Origin: an uncultured Candidatus Saccharibacteria bacterium
GTDB taxonomy: Bacteria > Patescibacteriota > Saccharimonadia > Saccharimonadales > UBA10212
DNA: 64,000 nucleotides
Direction of reading: 5' to 3'
Assembly (NCBI GenBank): GCA_964448095.1
Contig: CAYUUT010000005.1
Location: 3,306-67,305 of the forward strand
A program made the translations under genes and the position numbers. The notes beneath the pieces were generated by a model. It searched no databases and was not told where the DNA came from. It saw only the letters and a program-made list of their open reading frames with translations. Positions 8,854 through 17,815 of the stretch are shown piece after piece (the stretch's first letter is position 1; each line of letters starts with the position of its first letter).

Positions 8854-9049
8854 TCGCGACGAATGGTAACAAAGCGATGTGGCGCGCGCGCTTTATTGCG
8901 CGAGCTAGCTGGCGCTGCTTGGACTCGGTTAAGCCGGTCTTTTTGCGCTGCTCAATCTGGCCGTACTGGTTGACGTAGCGCTGCAAGGTCTTAAAGTCCT
9001 TGTAGTCAAAATAAGCTACATCGGTGCGGTGTTTAAAAATTTTAGCCAT
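8846..9049 (-). CDS. rpsR: 30S ribosomal protein S18
   Basis: 67 aa. YFDYKDFKTLQRYVNQYGQIEQRKKTGL...QRQLARAIKRARHIALLPF is canonical S18. Confidence 0.9.
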   Translation of the reverse strand: MAKIFKHRTDVAYFDYKDFKTLQRYVNQYGQIEQRKKTGLTESKQRQLARAIKRARHIALLPFVANG

Positions 9050-9335
9050 TGGTTACTTCTCCTTCGATTAAGCCGTACTGTTGAAAATAGTCTATAACTT
9101 CAGCTGCTTCCGCCATATGCTCTAGTGCTTTACGGCCAAGCATAGGTCCGGTAGCTGGGACATGAATTCTTTCCCCGTTTATTTTTACACTACCGCCCAT
9201 TAGACCAACTGAAATTTCAGTTCCTGATGATTCTCTAACTTGCTTTATGTAAGCAGCCACCCGCCGGTGCCGTTGGAGCGGGTTTAAGGGCAGGTCGAAT
9301 GCCCTGGCTTCTTCTTTAGATAGAATTCCATTCAT
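9042..9335 (-). CDS. hypothetical 97-aa protein inserted between ssb and rpsR
   Basis: Its stop overlaps the rpsR start by 8 nt (AATGGCTAA). No family recognised. Confidence 0.55.
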   Translation of the reverse strand: MNGILSKEEARAFDLPLNPLQRHRRVAAYIKQVRESSGTEISVGLMGGSVKINGERIHVPATGPMLGRKALEHMAEAAEVIDYFQQYGLIEGEVTNG

Positions 9336-9347
9336 TGTTTTATATCC

Positions 9348-9839
9348 TTAGAATGGGATGTCGTCCAGATTAATCGGCTCATCACCAATATCTTCGATTA
9401 CGACTTCCTCGTCATCTTTCTTCTTGCCGGCTGCCTTCTTGGCAGCCGGTTTGGCTGAATCATCAGCCGGTTCGTCGGCCTTTGCTGGAGCGCCTGAACC
9501 GCTGCCGGGGGCGCCGCCCAGGAAGGTCACGTCATTAGCGACCACTTCAACCTTGCTGCGCTTCTGGCCTTCTTGCTCCCAGCTGCGGCTCTGCAAGCGG
9601 CCGCTAACCAGCGCCGGGCGACCCTTAGTTAAGTACTGTGCTACGCGTTCGCCCAAGGCTGCCCAAGCCACTACGTCGATGTAATCCGTTACTTCTGTCC
9701 AATCGCCGCTGGCGTTTTTGTAGCTGCGGTTTAGCGCCAGACTAAAGCTACAAACGCTCTGCCCGTTCGGCGTGGTGCGCAGCTCTGGGTCGCGGGTTAA
9801 ATTGCCCATCAATGTTACCTGGTTAAAACTTCGTGCCAT
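9348..9839 (-). CDS. ssb: single-stranded DNA-binding protein
   Basis: OB-fold N-terminus NQVTLMGNLTRDPELRTTPNGQSVCSFSLA, a Gly/Pro/acidic tail and a terminal DDIPF. Confidence 0.9.
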   Translation of the reverse strand: MARSFNQVTLMGNLTRDPELRTTPNGQSVCSFSLALNRSYKNASGDWTEVTDYIDVVAWAALGERVAQYLTKGRPALVSGRLQSRSWEQEGQKRSKVEVVANDVTFLGGAPGSGSGAPAKADEPADDSAKPAAKKAAGKKKDDEEVVIEDIGDEPINLDDIPF

Positions 9840-9855
9840 GTCGTTGTTCCTCGCT

Positions 9856-10275
9856 TTATTCTTCTATTCTACTACTTCGGCGGCGAGGCTTCTCTTCTTC
9901 CTCGTCTGGCTCATCTTCGTCTTCTCGGTCACCGCGCTCGGCAGCCTTCTTGGCTTTTTCGGCCTTCAAAGCTTCGGCCTTGGCGATTGCCTTCAAGTCT
10001 GGCCGGGTGATTAAGAACCGGATAATTTCATCTGTAATATTAAAAGTTTGTTCAACCTTGCGAACGCCGTCAGCCGGCATATCCACAGTGTAAAAAACAT
10101 ACACCGCAAAGTCCTGCTTGCGGATTGGGTAGGCCAGCTTGCGCTTGCCCCAGTTGTCGGTCTTGGTTATTTTACCACCGGCTTCGGTGATGATTTTCTC
10201 TACCTTGCCGGAAGCCTTTTCCATATCTATTTCCAGATCGGGAAAATACAGCACCGCGATTTCGTATTGGTTCAA
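9856..10275 (-). CDS. rpsF: 30S ribosomal protein S6
   Basis: A TTG at 10275 preceded by AAGGAAGGAG gives the canonical MNQYEIAVLY start. The listed ORF extends to an ATG at 10311. Long acidic C-terminal tail. Confidence 0.85.
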   Translation of the reverse strand: MNQYEIAVLYFPDLEIDMEKASGKVEKIITEAGGKITKTDNWGKRKLAYPIRKQDFAVYVFYTVDMPADGVRKVEQTFNITDEIIRFLITRPDLKAIAKAEALKAEKAKKAAERGDREDEDEPDEEEEKPRRRSSRIEE

Positions 10276-10335
10276 ATGAACTCCTTCCTTTGGTCTCGGC
10301 CCAGCCGCCATGAGTTGCGCTGAGCTGAATAAGTT

Positions 10336-11337
10336 TTATGCTGCCTCTGATTGTAGCTCATCCACCCCTGTTTGTAAAGCACCGAGTTTTTCCAGTCTTT
10401 TCAGCTCCACGAGCTCTCTAAGCTTTTTACGCTCTCTTTTATTCGGTTCTGATCGAATCATTTTCATTGGGATAATAATATGCGGAGGTTGCTTATTAGG
10501 TTGGAGCTTTAGTTTTGGCTTAGGTTTCTTCCACTTCATCTTAACTTGGATGTGTAAATCTCCATCATCCTTCGGCGCGACTACGTCAGCCCTAATCGGT
10601 CTTACTTCCTCATGTTCATCGGCATAACGAGCATCGGCATGGCCGTTTCTTTGCATGGCAATCTTTACTATCCTTTCTGACATCACGCTGCCTATAAAAA
10701 CGAAGGTATCAGTGTCTGACTCAGCATCAACCAAACTTCGGCGCCTGACTAACAGGCGAGCCATGTTAACAGTGTCCATTAAGGCTTCATGGAGGGTCGT
10801 GGTGCTCTCGGTTGCGAAATGATCTAGGTAGGTGTCTGAGTCTTCCTGGAAATATTTGCGTGCTTCTAGGTAAGTTAACTTTGCTTGTTCAAACTCTTCT
10901 GATTTACGTCCCATCCAGCGGCCGGTATCTATAAACATGCCGAGAGTGGCGTGAGCGTTTACGGCGCTCAAGTACAGTCGCGATAAGATCAGCGACGATT
11001 GCTGGTCGGGGTCTAATCCTTCGGAATCAATATCGAGTTCTTCATGGTAGTTCCTGGCATACCAAGCAGCGGCTTTATTACGCTCGTATTTGTCGCGCTC
11101 GCCTTGTAGCAATCCCTTCATGTATTCGTGCAATGAACATGGGGCATCCAAGTACATTTCTCGATAACCTGGCCGGCCTGGTTCAAGTAGCAGATCGAGG
11201 ACTGGCGGTAGCCCAGGTAAACCACGGCTCTCGCGGTAATCTCCTTCTTGAATATAAAAATCCGCGCCAGTCTGGGGCGCGGATTCAACTTCCGGAATTT
11301 GGATAAATGGGGTTGGGGCTAGTTCTCTCGTAGCCAT
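10336..11337 (-). CDS. hypothetical protein with C-terminal PD-(D/E)xK-like motif and a Lys/Pro-rich tail
   Basis: 333 aa, SD GAGGAaaatcgATG. RYADEHEEVRPIRADVVAPKDDGDLHIQVKMKWKKPKPK parallels the 1411..2484 motif, with identical D-to-K spacing. Confidence 0.6.
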   Translation of the reverse strand: MATRELAPTPFIQIPEVESAPQTGADFYIQEGDYRESRGLPGLPPVLDLLLEPGRPGYREMYLDAPCSLHEYMKGLLQGERDKYERNKAAAWYARNYHEELDIDSEGLDPDQQSSLILSRLYLSAVNAHATLGMFIDTGRWMGRKSEEFEQAKLTYLEARKYFQEDSDTYLDHFATESTTTLHEALMDTVNMARLLVRRRSLVDAESDTDTFVFIGSVMSERIVKIAMQRNGHADARYADEHEEVRPIRADVVAPKDDGDLHIQVKMKWKKPKPKLKLQPNKQPPHIIIPMKMIRSEPNKRERKKLRELVELKRLEKLGALQTGVDELQSEAA

Positions 11338-11372
11338 TCGATTTTCCTCATTTTTGTTTCCATCTTAAGTTC

Positions 11373-11401
11373 ATAATAAGAAGCTTAAGCCTAATGCGCA
11401 A
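11373..11401 (-). promoter_or_regulatory. sigma70-type promoter for 10336..11337
   Basis: Minus strand reads TTGCGC-17nt-TATTAT. Confidence 0.4.
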
Positions 11402-11536
11402 GCCCAAAATTCAATAAAGCTAATATATTTGCCGAACTTGGATTTTAGTTGTAATGTTGGCATGAGTCTTTGAGCGACAACTTTGAGAGGTGACGCTTAG
11501 ACTAGGTCTTCTCTTTCCGACTACAAGGGGGCGCTT

Positions 11537-11965
11537 GTGAAGAAGTTCTATGTCCAGATGCTCCATCTGCGCAGACAGCACTTCGAGACTCGAAGAGTCG
11601 CAAAGGCCTTGTTGGTCGCGGTTCCTACAATCGCGATTGGCCTCTGGCTGCAGCACTTCGACGTTTCGCGGCTTGGTCTGGATCCAGTCTGGGCCTACAG
11701 GGTCAACTGGCCAGTCATCACCCTCCTGTGCTTCATCCTCAACCGTGTTTTTACGTGGGGAGACAGGAAGAACGCCAGTAAGTTCAAGTGGGTGTTGATT
11801 TCGGCGCTGCACAGTGCTGTTAGCCAAGGCGTATATCCTCACTTGGTGCACGCTGGCATCAATTACCTTGTGGCCAATATGGCGTTGTTGGCGTTGAGCC
11901 CGATTATCTTCGTGTTCAACAATCTCATCACCTTTCGAAAGGAAAAGGAGACCACTAAGCCTTGA
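11537..11965 (+). CDS. GtrA-family membrane protein
   Basis: GTG start after AAGGGGG. Four hydrophobic segments. FILNRVFTWGDR matches the GtrA-like signature. Confidence 0.6.
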   Translation: MKKFYVQMLHLRRQHFETRRVAKALLVAVPTIAIGLWLQHFDVSRLGLDPVWAYRVNWPVITLLCFILNRVFTWGDRKNASKFKWVLISALHSAVSQGVYPHLVHAGINYLVANMALLALSPIIFVFNNLITFRKEKETTKP

Positions 11966-12000
11966 GCCTCAGATGCATCGCTGCATCTGAGGCTCAAGGC
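11959..12000. terminator. very strong bidirectional hairpin between GtrA-like gene and ftsK
   Basis: gccttgagcctcagatgca-tcgc-tgcatctgaggctcaaggc forms a 19-bp perfect stem. Confidence 0.75.
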
Positions 12001-12023
12001 GCAACCTAGTTTATAATTTAGTT

Positions 12024-14237
12024 TTATTCATCGGGCATGTCGTCGTAGACGTCGGCCTGATCAGCATCGTTGGCCGCAACTTCAGCCGGTTCGGCAAAAA
12101 CCTCATCAACACTATTAACTAGCACGTCGCGTGGCTTGGCGCCATCGGCCGGGCCAATAATTCCCTGCTCTTCCATCATGTCCATTAAGCGCGAAGCCCG
12201 GCCGTAGCCGATCCGCAGCTTGCGCTGCAGCAGCGAAGTGCTGGCTCTACGGTTATCAATCACCACCCGCACGGCATCCTTCCACATATCATCATCACCA
12301 TCATCATGACCATCGGTTCCAGCTATAATACTGCCCCGGCCGGATAATTGTACGGGTTGGCTGATCACTTCATCATCGTACTGCGGTGGCCGCTGGCTGC
12401 GCAAAAAGTCAGTTAGCTTATTAGTCTCATCGCTGGTTATTAGCGCGCCCTGGATGCGGACCGGCCGATTCATATCAGTAGTTTTGTAAAGCATGTCGCC
12501 CCTGCCCAGCAATTTGTCGGCGCCGGGCTGGTCGATAATAATCCGGCTGTTCACCTGGTCCTGAACGGCAAAGGCAATGCGCGCCGGTACGTTGGCTTTA
12601 ATAATGCCGGTGACAATATTGGCGTCCGGCCGCTGAGTGGCAATTACCAAATGGATGCCGGCCGCCCGAGCCTTTTGGGCGATGCGGGCAATTAGGGCTT
12701 CCACGTCGCGGCTGGCAACCATCATCAGGTCGGCCAACTCGTCAATTACTATGATGACGTAGGGCATTCCCTCTTCTTTTTTCAGCTTGTTATAACTTTG
12801 GATATCGCGTTGCTTAATCTCGGCGAAAGCTTTCAGACGGCGCTCCATCTCGGCCACCGCCCACTTTAGCGCGCTGATGCACTTTTCCGGTTCGCTAATA
12901 ACCGGTGCTAGCAGATGAGGAATATCTTCGTAAGGCGCCATTTCCACGTGTTTTGGGTCGACTAGGATTAGTTTAATATCGCTGGGCGAGTTGCGGTACA
13001 GCAAGCTGGCCAATAAGGTGTTAATCATTACCGATTTACCGGATTTGGTCTGGCCGGCAATCAAAAGGTGTGGCATCTCTTCCAGGTCAGCCATGACTGG
13101 TGCGCCGGCAATGTCCTTACCAACCACAAAGTTGAGGTGCCCTTGGGTCTCGGACCACTCCGGACTGGTAAAAAGCCCACGGATAGTGACAGTTGCGCCA
13201 CGGACATTTGGTACTTCAACGCCCACTGAACGAGTGCCGGGAATCGGCGCTTCCATGCGAATACTGTGGGCAGCTAAATCCAGCGCCAGGTTGCTGTCCA
13301 GGCTGGTCAGCTTGGTTAGTTTTACGCCGGACGGTGGCTTAAGCGTATATTGGGTGACTCGCGGTCCAACATTAGCGCCCTCCACTTCGACATCAATATT
13401 AAAGTTGGCGAAGGTTTCTTTGATGATCTCAGCATTGCCCTGGACGTTGCCGGCATCGGCTTTATCTTGTTTGTCGCTGAGTAGCTCCAGCGATGGGAAT
13501 TGCCAGTCCGGGTCGCTGGCGGTGGTTAAAGCAGCATGACTTCCAGCTGCTGGTGCCAGTTTTTCGGCGGTTTGCCGCGCGGCACTCAGCCGCGCGGCAT
13601 TGTGTTCCACCGGAACTCCCTCACGCAGCTGAAAGCCGGGAGCCATCTTGCCCTTTAAGGCTGCTAAATCTTCTTCACCTTCCGGCTGCTTACCCTTGAA
13701 TAGGCCGGATAGTTTTAGCAGGGTTTGCGGGTCGATACCAAAAGTGAACATCACGGCAAAGATTGTCAGGATGATAAATACCAACGAAGCCAAAAAGCGC
13801 CCCAGCCCCGTCGCCAATAAGCCGCCCAGGCTTTTGCCGATTTCGCCGCCGTGGCCGCCCACCGTGGCGCCGGTCGCGGCGTCGACATGTAGAAACATAG
13901 TGTGCAGCCAACTTGCCGAGAACACCAGCAAACAGATGGTACCGGCCAGTTTCGCCAGTGGAATCTGCTGATCCTCGCTGACAAATTTCAGAATGCCAAG
14001 ATAAACCAGCGCGAAAGGCACCAGCACACTGGCCGTGCCAAAAGCCCACCACACGCCGTTCCAAAGATCATGCGGCAAAGGTGCGTTTATAAAGAAACCA
14101 AAACCGATAATAATACCGGCGATTATCAGACTAACTGCGCCCGCACCGCGCCAAAAACTGGCCGATTTCTTGCCTTCGTCTTTAGCGTCTTTTTTTGCCG
14201 GCCGTCCCGGTTTACGTTTTTTATTAGCCATTAACAA
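12024..14237 (-). CDS. ftsK: DNA translocase FtsK/SpoIIIE
   Basis: N-terminal TM helices, Walker A GQTKSGKSV, VIIVIDELADLM, and a C-terminal gamma-like winged helix (LLQRKLRIGYGRASRLMD). An ATG at 14231 is an alternative start. Confidence 0.9.
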   Translation of the reverse strand: MLMANKKRKPGRPAKKDAKDEGKKSASFWRGAGAVSLIIAGIIIGFGFFINAPLPHDLWNGVWWAFGTASVLVPFALVYLGILKFVSEDQQIPLAKLAGTICLLVFSASWLHTMFLHVDAATGATVGGHGGEIGKSLGGLLATGLGRFLASLVFIILTIFAVMFTFGIDPQTLLKLSGLFKGKQPEGEEDLAALKGKMAPGFQLREGVPVEHNAARLSAARQTAEKLAPAAGSHAALTTASDPDWQFPSLELLSDKQDKADAGNVQGNAEIIKETFANFNIDVEVEGANVGPRVTQYTLKPPSGVKLTKLTSLDSNLALDLAAHSIRMEAPIPGTRSVGVEVPNVRGATVTIRGLFTSPEWSETQGHLNFVVGKDIAGAPVMADLEEMPHLLIAGQTKSGKSVMINTLLASLLYRNSPSDIKLILVDPKHVEMAPYEDIPHLLAPVISEPEKCISALKWAVAEMERRLKAFAEIKQRDIQSYNKLKKEEGMPYVIIVIDELADLMMVASRDVEALIARIAQKARAAGIHLVIATQRPDANIVTGIIKANVPARIAFAVQDQVNSRIIIDQPGADKLLGRGDMLYKTTDMNRPVRIQGALITSDETNKLTDFLRSQRPPQYDDEVISQPVQLSGRGSIIAGTDGHDDGDDDMWKDAVRVVIDNRRASTSLLQRKLRIGYGRASRLMDMMEEQGIIGPADGAKPRDVLVNSVDEVFAEPAEVAANDADQADVYDDMPDE

Positions 14238-14279
14238 ACTATATTCTACTCTGTTTAACCCATGAGGGCGAGTGTTGTA

Positions 14280-14309
14280 ATTATAACATGTTTATGCTAA
14301 ACGTGTCAA
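14280..14309 (-). promoter_or_regulatory. consensus-like promoter upstream of ftsK
   Basis: Minus strand reads TTGACA-18nt-TATAAT, with TGt immediately before the -10. Confidence 0.5.
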
Positions 14310-14315
14310 GCTAAA

Positions 14316-14720
14316 CTACGCGGCTTTGTCTATTTGTCTGTAACGAGTTTGGCGTTTAATTGCATCGAACACCAGAGTTGGACCCACTAAACCCTCTCGG
14401 CGCGTTCTCTCGACATGTTGAAGTGCCCAAGCCCTGTCTTCGTCTCCTAGCTCGTTCAGCTCGTCTAGAGCTTGGTCCCACAGAGTATCTTCCACCACGG
14501 CTTCAAGGCCCGGGGTAACACTAGGATGAAAATATGCGTTCTTGGCGGGTTCATTTCCTGAGATTAACGGCCTCGCGCCATTGGCATCAATAGGTACAAC
14601 TTCAAGCTCGCCGCCTATAAGATCCCGTCCTATACCTAAAATAAGGTCATTCTCTGTGGTCCGGTTGCCATAATAGTCCAAACGCCGCTGACCACCTGAG
14701 TGTGAAGAAAGTTCGCTCAT
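14316..14720 (-). CDS. hypothetical protein
   Basis: 134 aa, SD AAGGGAttaaaatcATG. No family recognised. Confidence 0.5.
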   Translation of the reverse strand: MSELSSHSGGQRRLDYYGNRTTENDLILGIGRDLIGGELEVVPIDANGARPLISGNEPAKNAYFHPSVTPGLEAVVEDTLWDQALDELNELGDEDRAWALQHVERTRREGLVGPTLVFDAIKRQTRYRQIDKAA

Positions 14721-14810
14721 GATTTTAATCCCTTATTTATTTCCAGTCTTTATTTTGACTGACCTAGTCTGGTTATACGCCCAGCCAAATAACTTGTCAA
14801 ACCAGCAACG

Positions 14811-15980
14811 CTATGCCGCCCTCTCAAAGACCAGCCACTCACCCTCTTGCATAACACCTTGGCTTTTTATACGTATTGCCGGCTGGTTAGTTACTCTGCC
14901 TATCTGCCGGGCTTCTATACCAAATTCCGCTGCGACTTCAATCATTCTGTCGGGTTCAGCGGTAATTCCAACCAGACCAGTGCCCATATTGATAGTAGAG
15001 TAGATCTCTTCATCAGATACTTGGGCTATCCTTTGGACCTCGTTCATTATCGGCAGCGGTTCTAAGGGATTATCAATAAGAGCTCCATAACCCGATGGCT
15101 CAAGTGCGCGCCCTAGCTTACCCGGCTGGCCGCCTCCGGTAATATGCGCGAAAGCGGCGACATCAGCCCTGGGCGCTCGATTAATATCGTAACCGCCGGT
15201 TAGTTCGACCATAAGTTTTGTGTAAATTCTGGATGGATAGTTAACTTGCTCACCTAAAGGTATATTGCCGAGTTTTCTAAGCTTTTTATCGTGCCATTTG
15301 GCGCCGTAGCGTTCAGCTAGCGCACTGCGAACCAGACTTAAGCCGTTGGAGCGGAAACCATCTTCTTTGAACCCCACCAAAGCTTGTCCCGGCTCGACCT
15401 TTAAACCTGTTAAGAAGCGGCTGCGATGAGTCAGCGAAGTCACAGCGACGGACCAATTATAATTGAAGCGGCCGTATCCGTTTACCCGATTGCCAAGTTC
15501 GGCCACTTCTCCCCTGAGCATCACGATTCCGGCGGCCTCACAGGCCTCTATAAGCCCGGAGGCAAGTTCGCCTATGGCTTTATAGGTTTCGGGCTTATCC
15601 CTCAATTTACGAACGTCAATAACATTAGAGCCGAAGATTGGCTCAAAACCTTCCGCGGCCGGGTCGTCAGCGCCCATTGCTATAAGATTGAAGGCTGAGG
15701 TAGCGTGATCTCCGATTCTCTCTGAGATTTCGATTTTGGTGCCGATACCATCAGTTGGTTGGTCCAGCATAAGGTTTTCAAGATCATGACCCTCCAAAGC
15801 TGTTAACGAGATTGCCCGGGCGCTGGTGAAAGAATCACTAACGGCTTCTACCTGCCCAAACTTCCCTTTACGGTTAACCCAAGTTTGCCTTGAGGCATCT
15901 GCCATCGTCTTGGAGAAGTAGTCGCCAAGCGACAGGTTGACACCGGACTGCTCATAAGTAAGAGGCTTACGGTTGGCCAT
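14811..15980 (-). CDS. purM: phosphoribosylformylglycinamidine cyclo-ligase (AIR synthetase)
   Basis: LTYEQSGVNLSLGD, DGIGTK and a PurM-type C-terminal domain, within the pur operon. Confidence 0.8.
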   Translation of the reverse strand: MANRKPLTYEQSGVNLSLGDYFSKTMADASRQTWVNRKGKFGQVEAVSDSFTSARAISLTALEGHDLENLMLDQPTDGIGTKIEISERIGDHATSAFNLIAMGADDPAAEGFEPIFGSNVIDVRKLRDKPETYKAIGELASGLIEACEAAGIVMLRGEVAELGNRVNGYGRFNYNWSVAVTSLTHRSRFLTGLKVEPGQALVGFKEDGFRSNGLSLVRSALAERYGAKWHDKKLRKLGNIPLGEQVNYPSRIYTKLMVELTGGYDINRAPRADVAAFAHITGGGQPGKLGRALEPSGYGALIDNPLEPLPIMNEVQRIAQVSDEEIYSTINMGTGLVGITAEPDRMIEVAAEFGIEARQIGRVTNQPAIRIKSQGVMQEGEWLVFERAA

Positions 15981-16766
15981 TTATACCTCCTTGGTGTAAT
16001 TTACGATACCATTGAAAATCACAGCTGCGGCCGACCGTGCTGCGACTGTTCGGGTTCTATTGGGGTGAAAGGCCGACACTGAGCGTTCCGGATGCGGCAT
16101 CATTCCGACAATCAAACCACTGGGGTCGCAGACCCCCGCAATGTTGCCAGCCGAACCGCTGGGATTATAGGGGTATACAGCCAGTCCGCCGGGATTTTTA
16201 GGGTCAATATAACGAAACAACAACTGGCCGTTTTGTTCCATGTCTTGCATAACAGCTGGTTCGGCAACGAACTGGCCTTCGCCGTGGGCAGTCTGTATGG
16301 GAAAACTGGCTTCCCCAAAATCTTCCGGTTGAAAAAATGGCGATACCGATGGTTGCGGCTCCAGCTCTACCCAACGGCAAACAAAGTGCCCAATCTGATT
16401 ATCGGCTAAAGCGGCCGTCTGCCGACCTAATTCTCCACCAGGTATTAAGCCTGAGCGTACTTGGACTTGGAAGCCATTGCAAATACCGATTATCGGTTTA
16501 GCAGCATCAATGAATCGCTGTAGGTCGTCAGATAAGCGGGTGGTCAGCTCATTAGCCAGAATTTTTCCGGCTGCTACGTCGTCGCCATAAGAAAAGCCGC
16601 CGGGCAATCCCAATCCCTGGAAGTTGTCCAGACTTACATCGCCAGCGCGCAGTTGGTTGACGTGTACGATACTTGCGCTGGCACCCGAAACCTCGAAAGC
16701 GTGAGCCAGCTCCATATCACAATTGGTCCCGTCGGTCTTTAGAACGCAGATTTCCGGCCTAATCAT
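15981..16766 (-). CDS. purQ: FGAM synthase, glutaminase subunit
   Basis: GICNGFQ nucleophile elbow and HPERS motif. 4-nt overlap with the upstream purL segment. Confidence 0.85.
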   Translation of the reverse strand: MIRPEICVLKTDGTNCDMELAHAFEVSGASASIVHVNQLRAGDVSLDNFQGLGLPGGFSYGDDVAAGKILANELTTRLSDDLQRFIDAAKPIIGICNGFQVQVRSGLIPGGELGRQTAALADNQIGHFVCRWVELEPQPSVSPFFQPEDFGEASFPIQTAHGEGQFVAEPAVMQDMEQNGQLLFRYIDPKNPGGLAVYPYNPSGSAGNIAGVCDPSGLIVGMMPHPERSVSAFHPNRTRTVAARSAAAVIFNGIVNYTKEV

Positions 16767-17755
16767 TGGAATATCTCCTGAAGCGGTTTTTGCCAGGCAT
16801 TTTTAAGCGCCTCGGTAGACGCATAAAACAGCGGTTTATCGTGTGAGACGCTAATTAGATTGGTGTCGTTAGCTTTTTTATATGTGGTTCTGCCCACTAC
16901 TGCGTGTGGTACACCGGCGAATAGCTCTTCGGCCTGGGCCTCGTCGCCTACTTCAATGACAAAGCAACCGGCGGTTTCGCTGAACAGCATAACCTCTGGA
17001 TCCTGGTCGGCCGGCAGTTTTATGTCAGCGCCGCAATCGCCGCCAAAACACATTTCGCCGATGGCTGTAATCATGCCTCCCTCGCTAATATCGTGACAGG
17101 CCAGTACCTTACCGCTGGCTATACTGGTCTGGACTATCTCCAAAATCTTTGGCAGATTTTCGGTGTCCACCAGCGGTACATGGGCGCTACTGCCCTCAGC
17201 CACATCGTAATAGGCCGAACCGCCCATGTTCTGGCTGAGTTCACCAACTAGGACTAGAGTCGACCCCGGTTTTTTAATATCTGTAGTCATGGTTTTCTCC
17301 ACGTCCGGGATTCGGCCAAACATCGAGGCGCAGTAAACTGGTGGAATTTCTATGACTTCGACCACTTCGTCTTGTTCATTCCGGCGTCGATAGGTCGAAG
17401 ATAAGCTGTCTTTGCCGGAAATTACCGGCACTTCAAGCAGGTGCATCATGTCGACCGAAGCATCGACTGAAAGGTCTAGTGAGCCCATGGCCTGTGAGTC
17501 TGGGAACGGCCAAATAAAATTGCCCACTAGGGCCGCTTCGGCAATATTACCCCCGGCTGATACATAATTGGCCGCCGCCTCGGCAATCGCCCAGCGTGTG
17601 CCTTCGTAAGGGTCTAGGCGGTTCAAGATGGGATTCATACCATGGGACTGGACCACCCCATAAGGCTTATCAAGTAACGGCCGAACCACTAAGGCGTCGT
17701 TTGGACCCTGCTGGGTCGTGCCGCCGAACCGCCGCACGACAATGGCCCCCAGCAC
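16763..17755 (-). CDS. purL: FGAM synthase PurL, C-terminal half (same frame as 17816..19621, separated by one TAA)
   Basis: GPNDALVVRPL..GVVQSHGMNP and later AIR-synthase-like repeats. The 60 nt between the two ORFs are open in the same frame. Confidence 0.75.
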   Translation of the reverse strand: MLGAIVVRRFGGTTQQGPNDALVVRPLLDKPYGVVQSHGMNPILNRLDPYEGTRWAIAEAAANYVSAGGNIAEAALVGNFIWPFPDSQAMGSLDLSVDASVDMMHLLEVPVISGKDSLSSTYRRRNEQDEVVEVIEIPPVYCASMFGRIPDVEKTMTTDIKKPGSTLVLVGELSQNMGGSAYYDVAEGSSAHVPLVDTENLPKILEIVQTSIASGKVLACHDISEGGMITAIGEMCFGGDCGADIKLPADQDPEVMLFSETAGCFVIEVGDEAQAEELFAGVPHAVVGRTTYKKANDTNLISVSHDKPLFYASTEALKNAWQKPLQEIFQ

Positions 17756-17815
17756 GCCCTGGTGAAACGGGCGGGCAAATGATTCTGTTGATGAAACGGT
17801 TCCGGGGGTAAAAAA

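Noticed and set aside
11420-11851. 143-aa minus-strand ORF overlapping the GtrA-like gene
   Set aside because: It overlaps a plus-strand ORF with clear TM periodicity and a GtrA signature. It has no SD and a poor-looking product.
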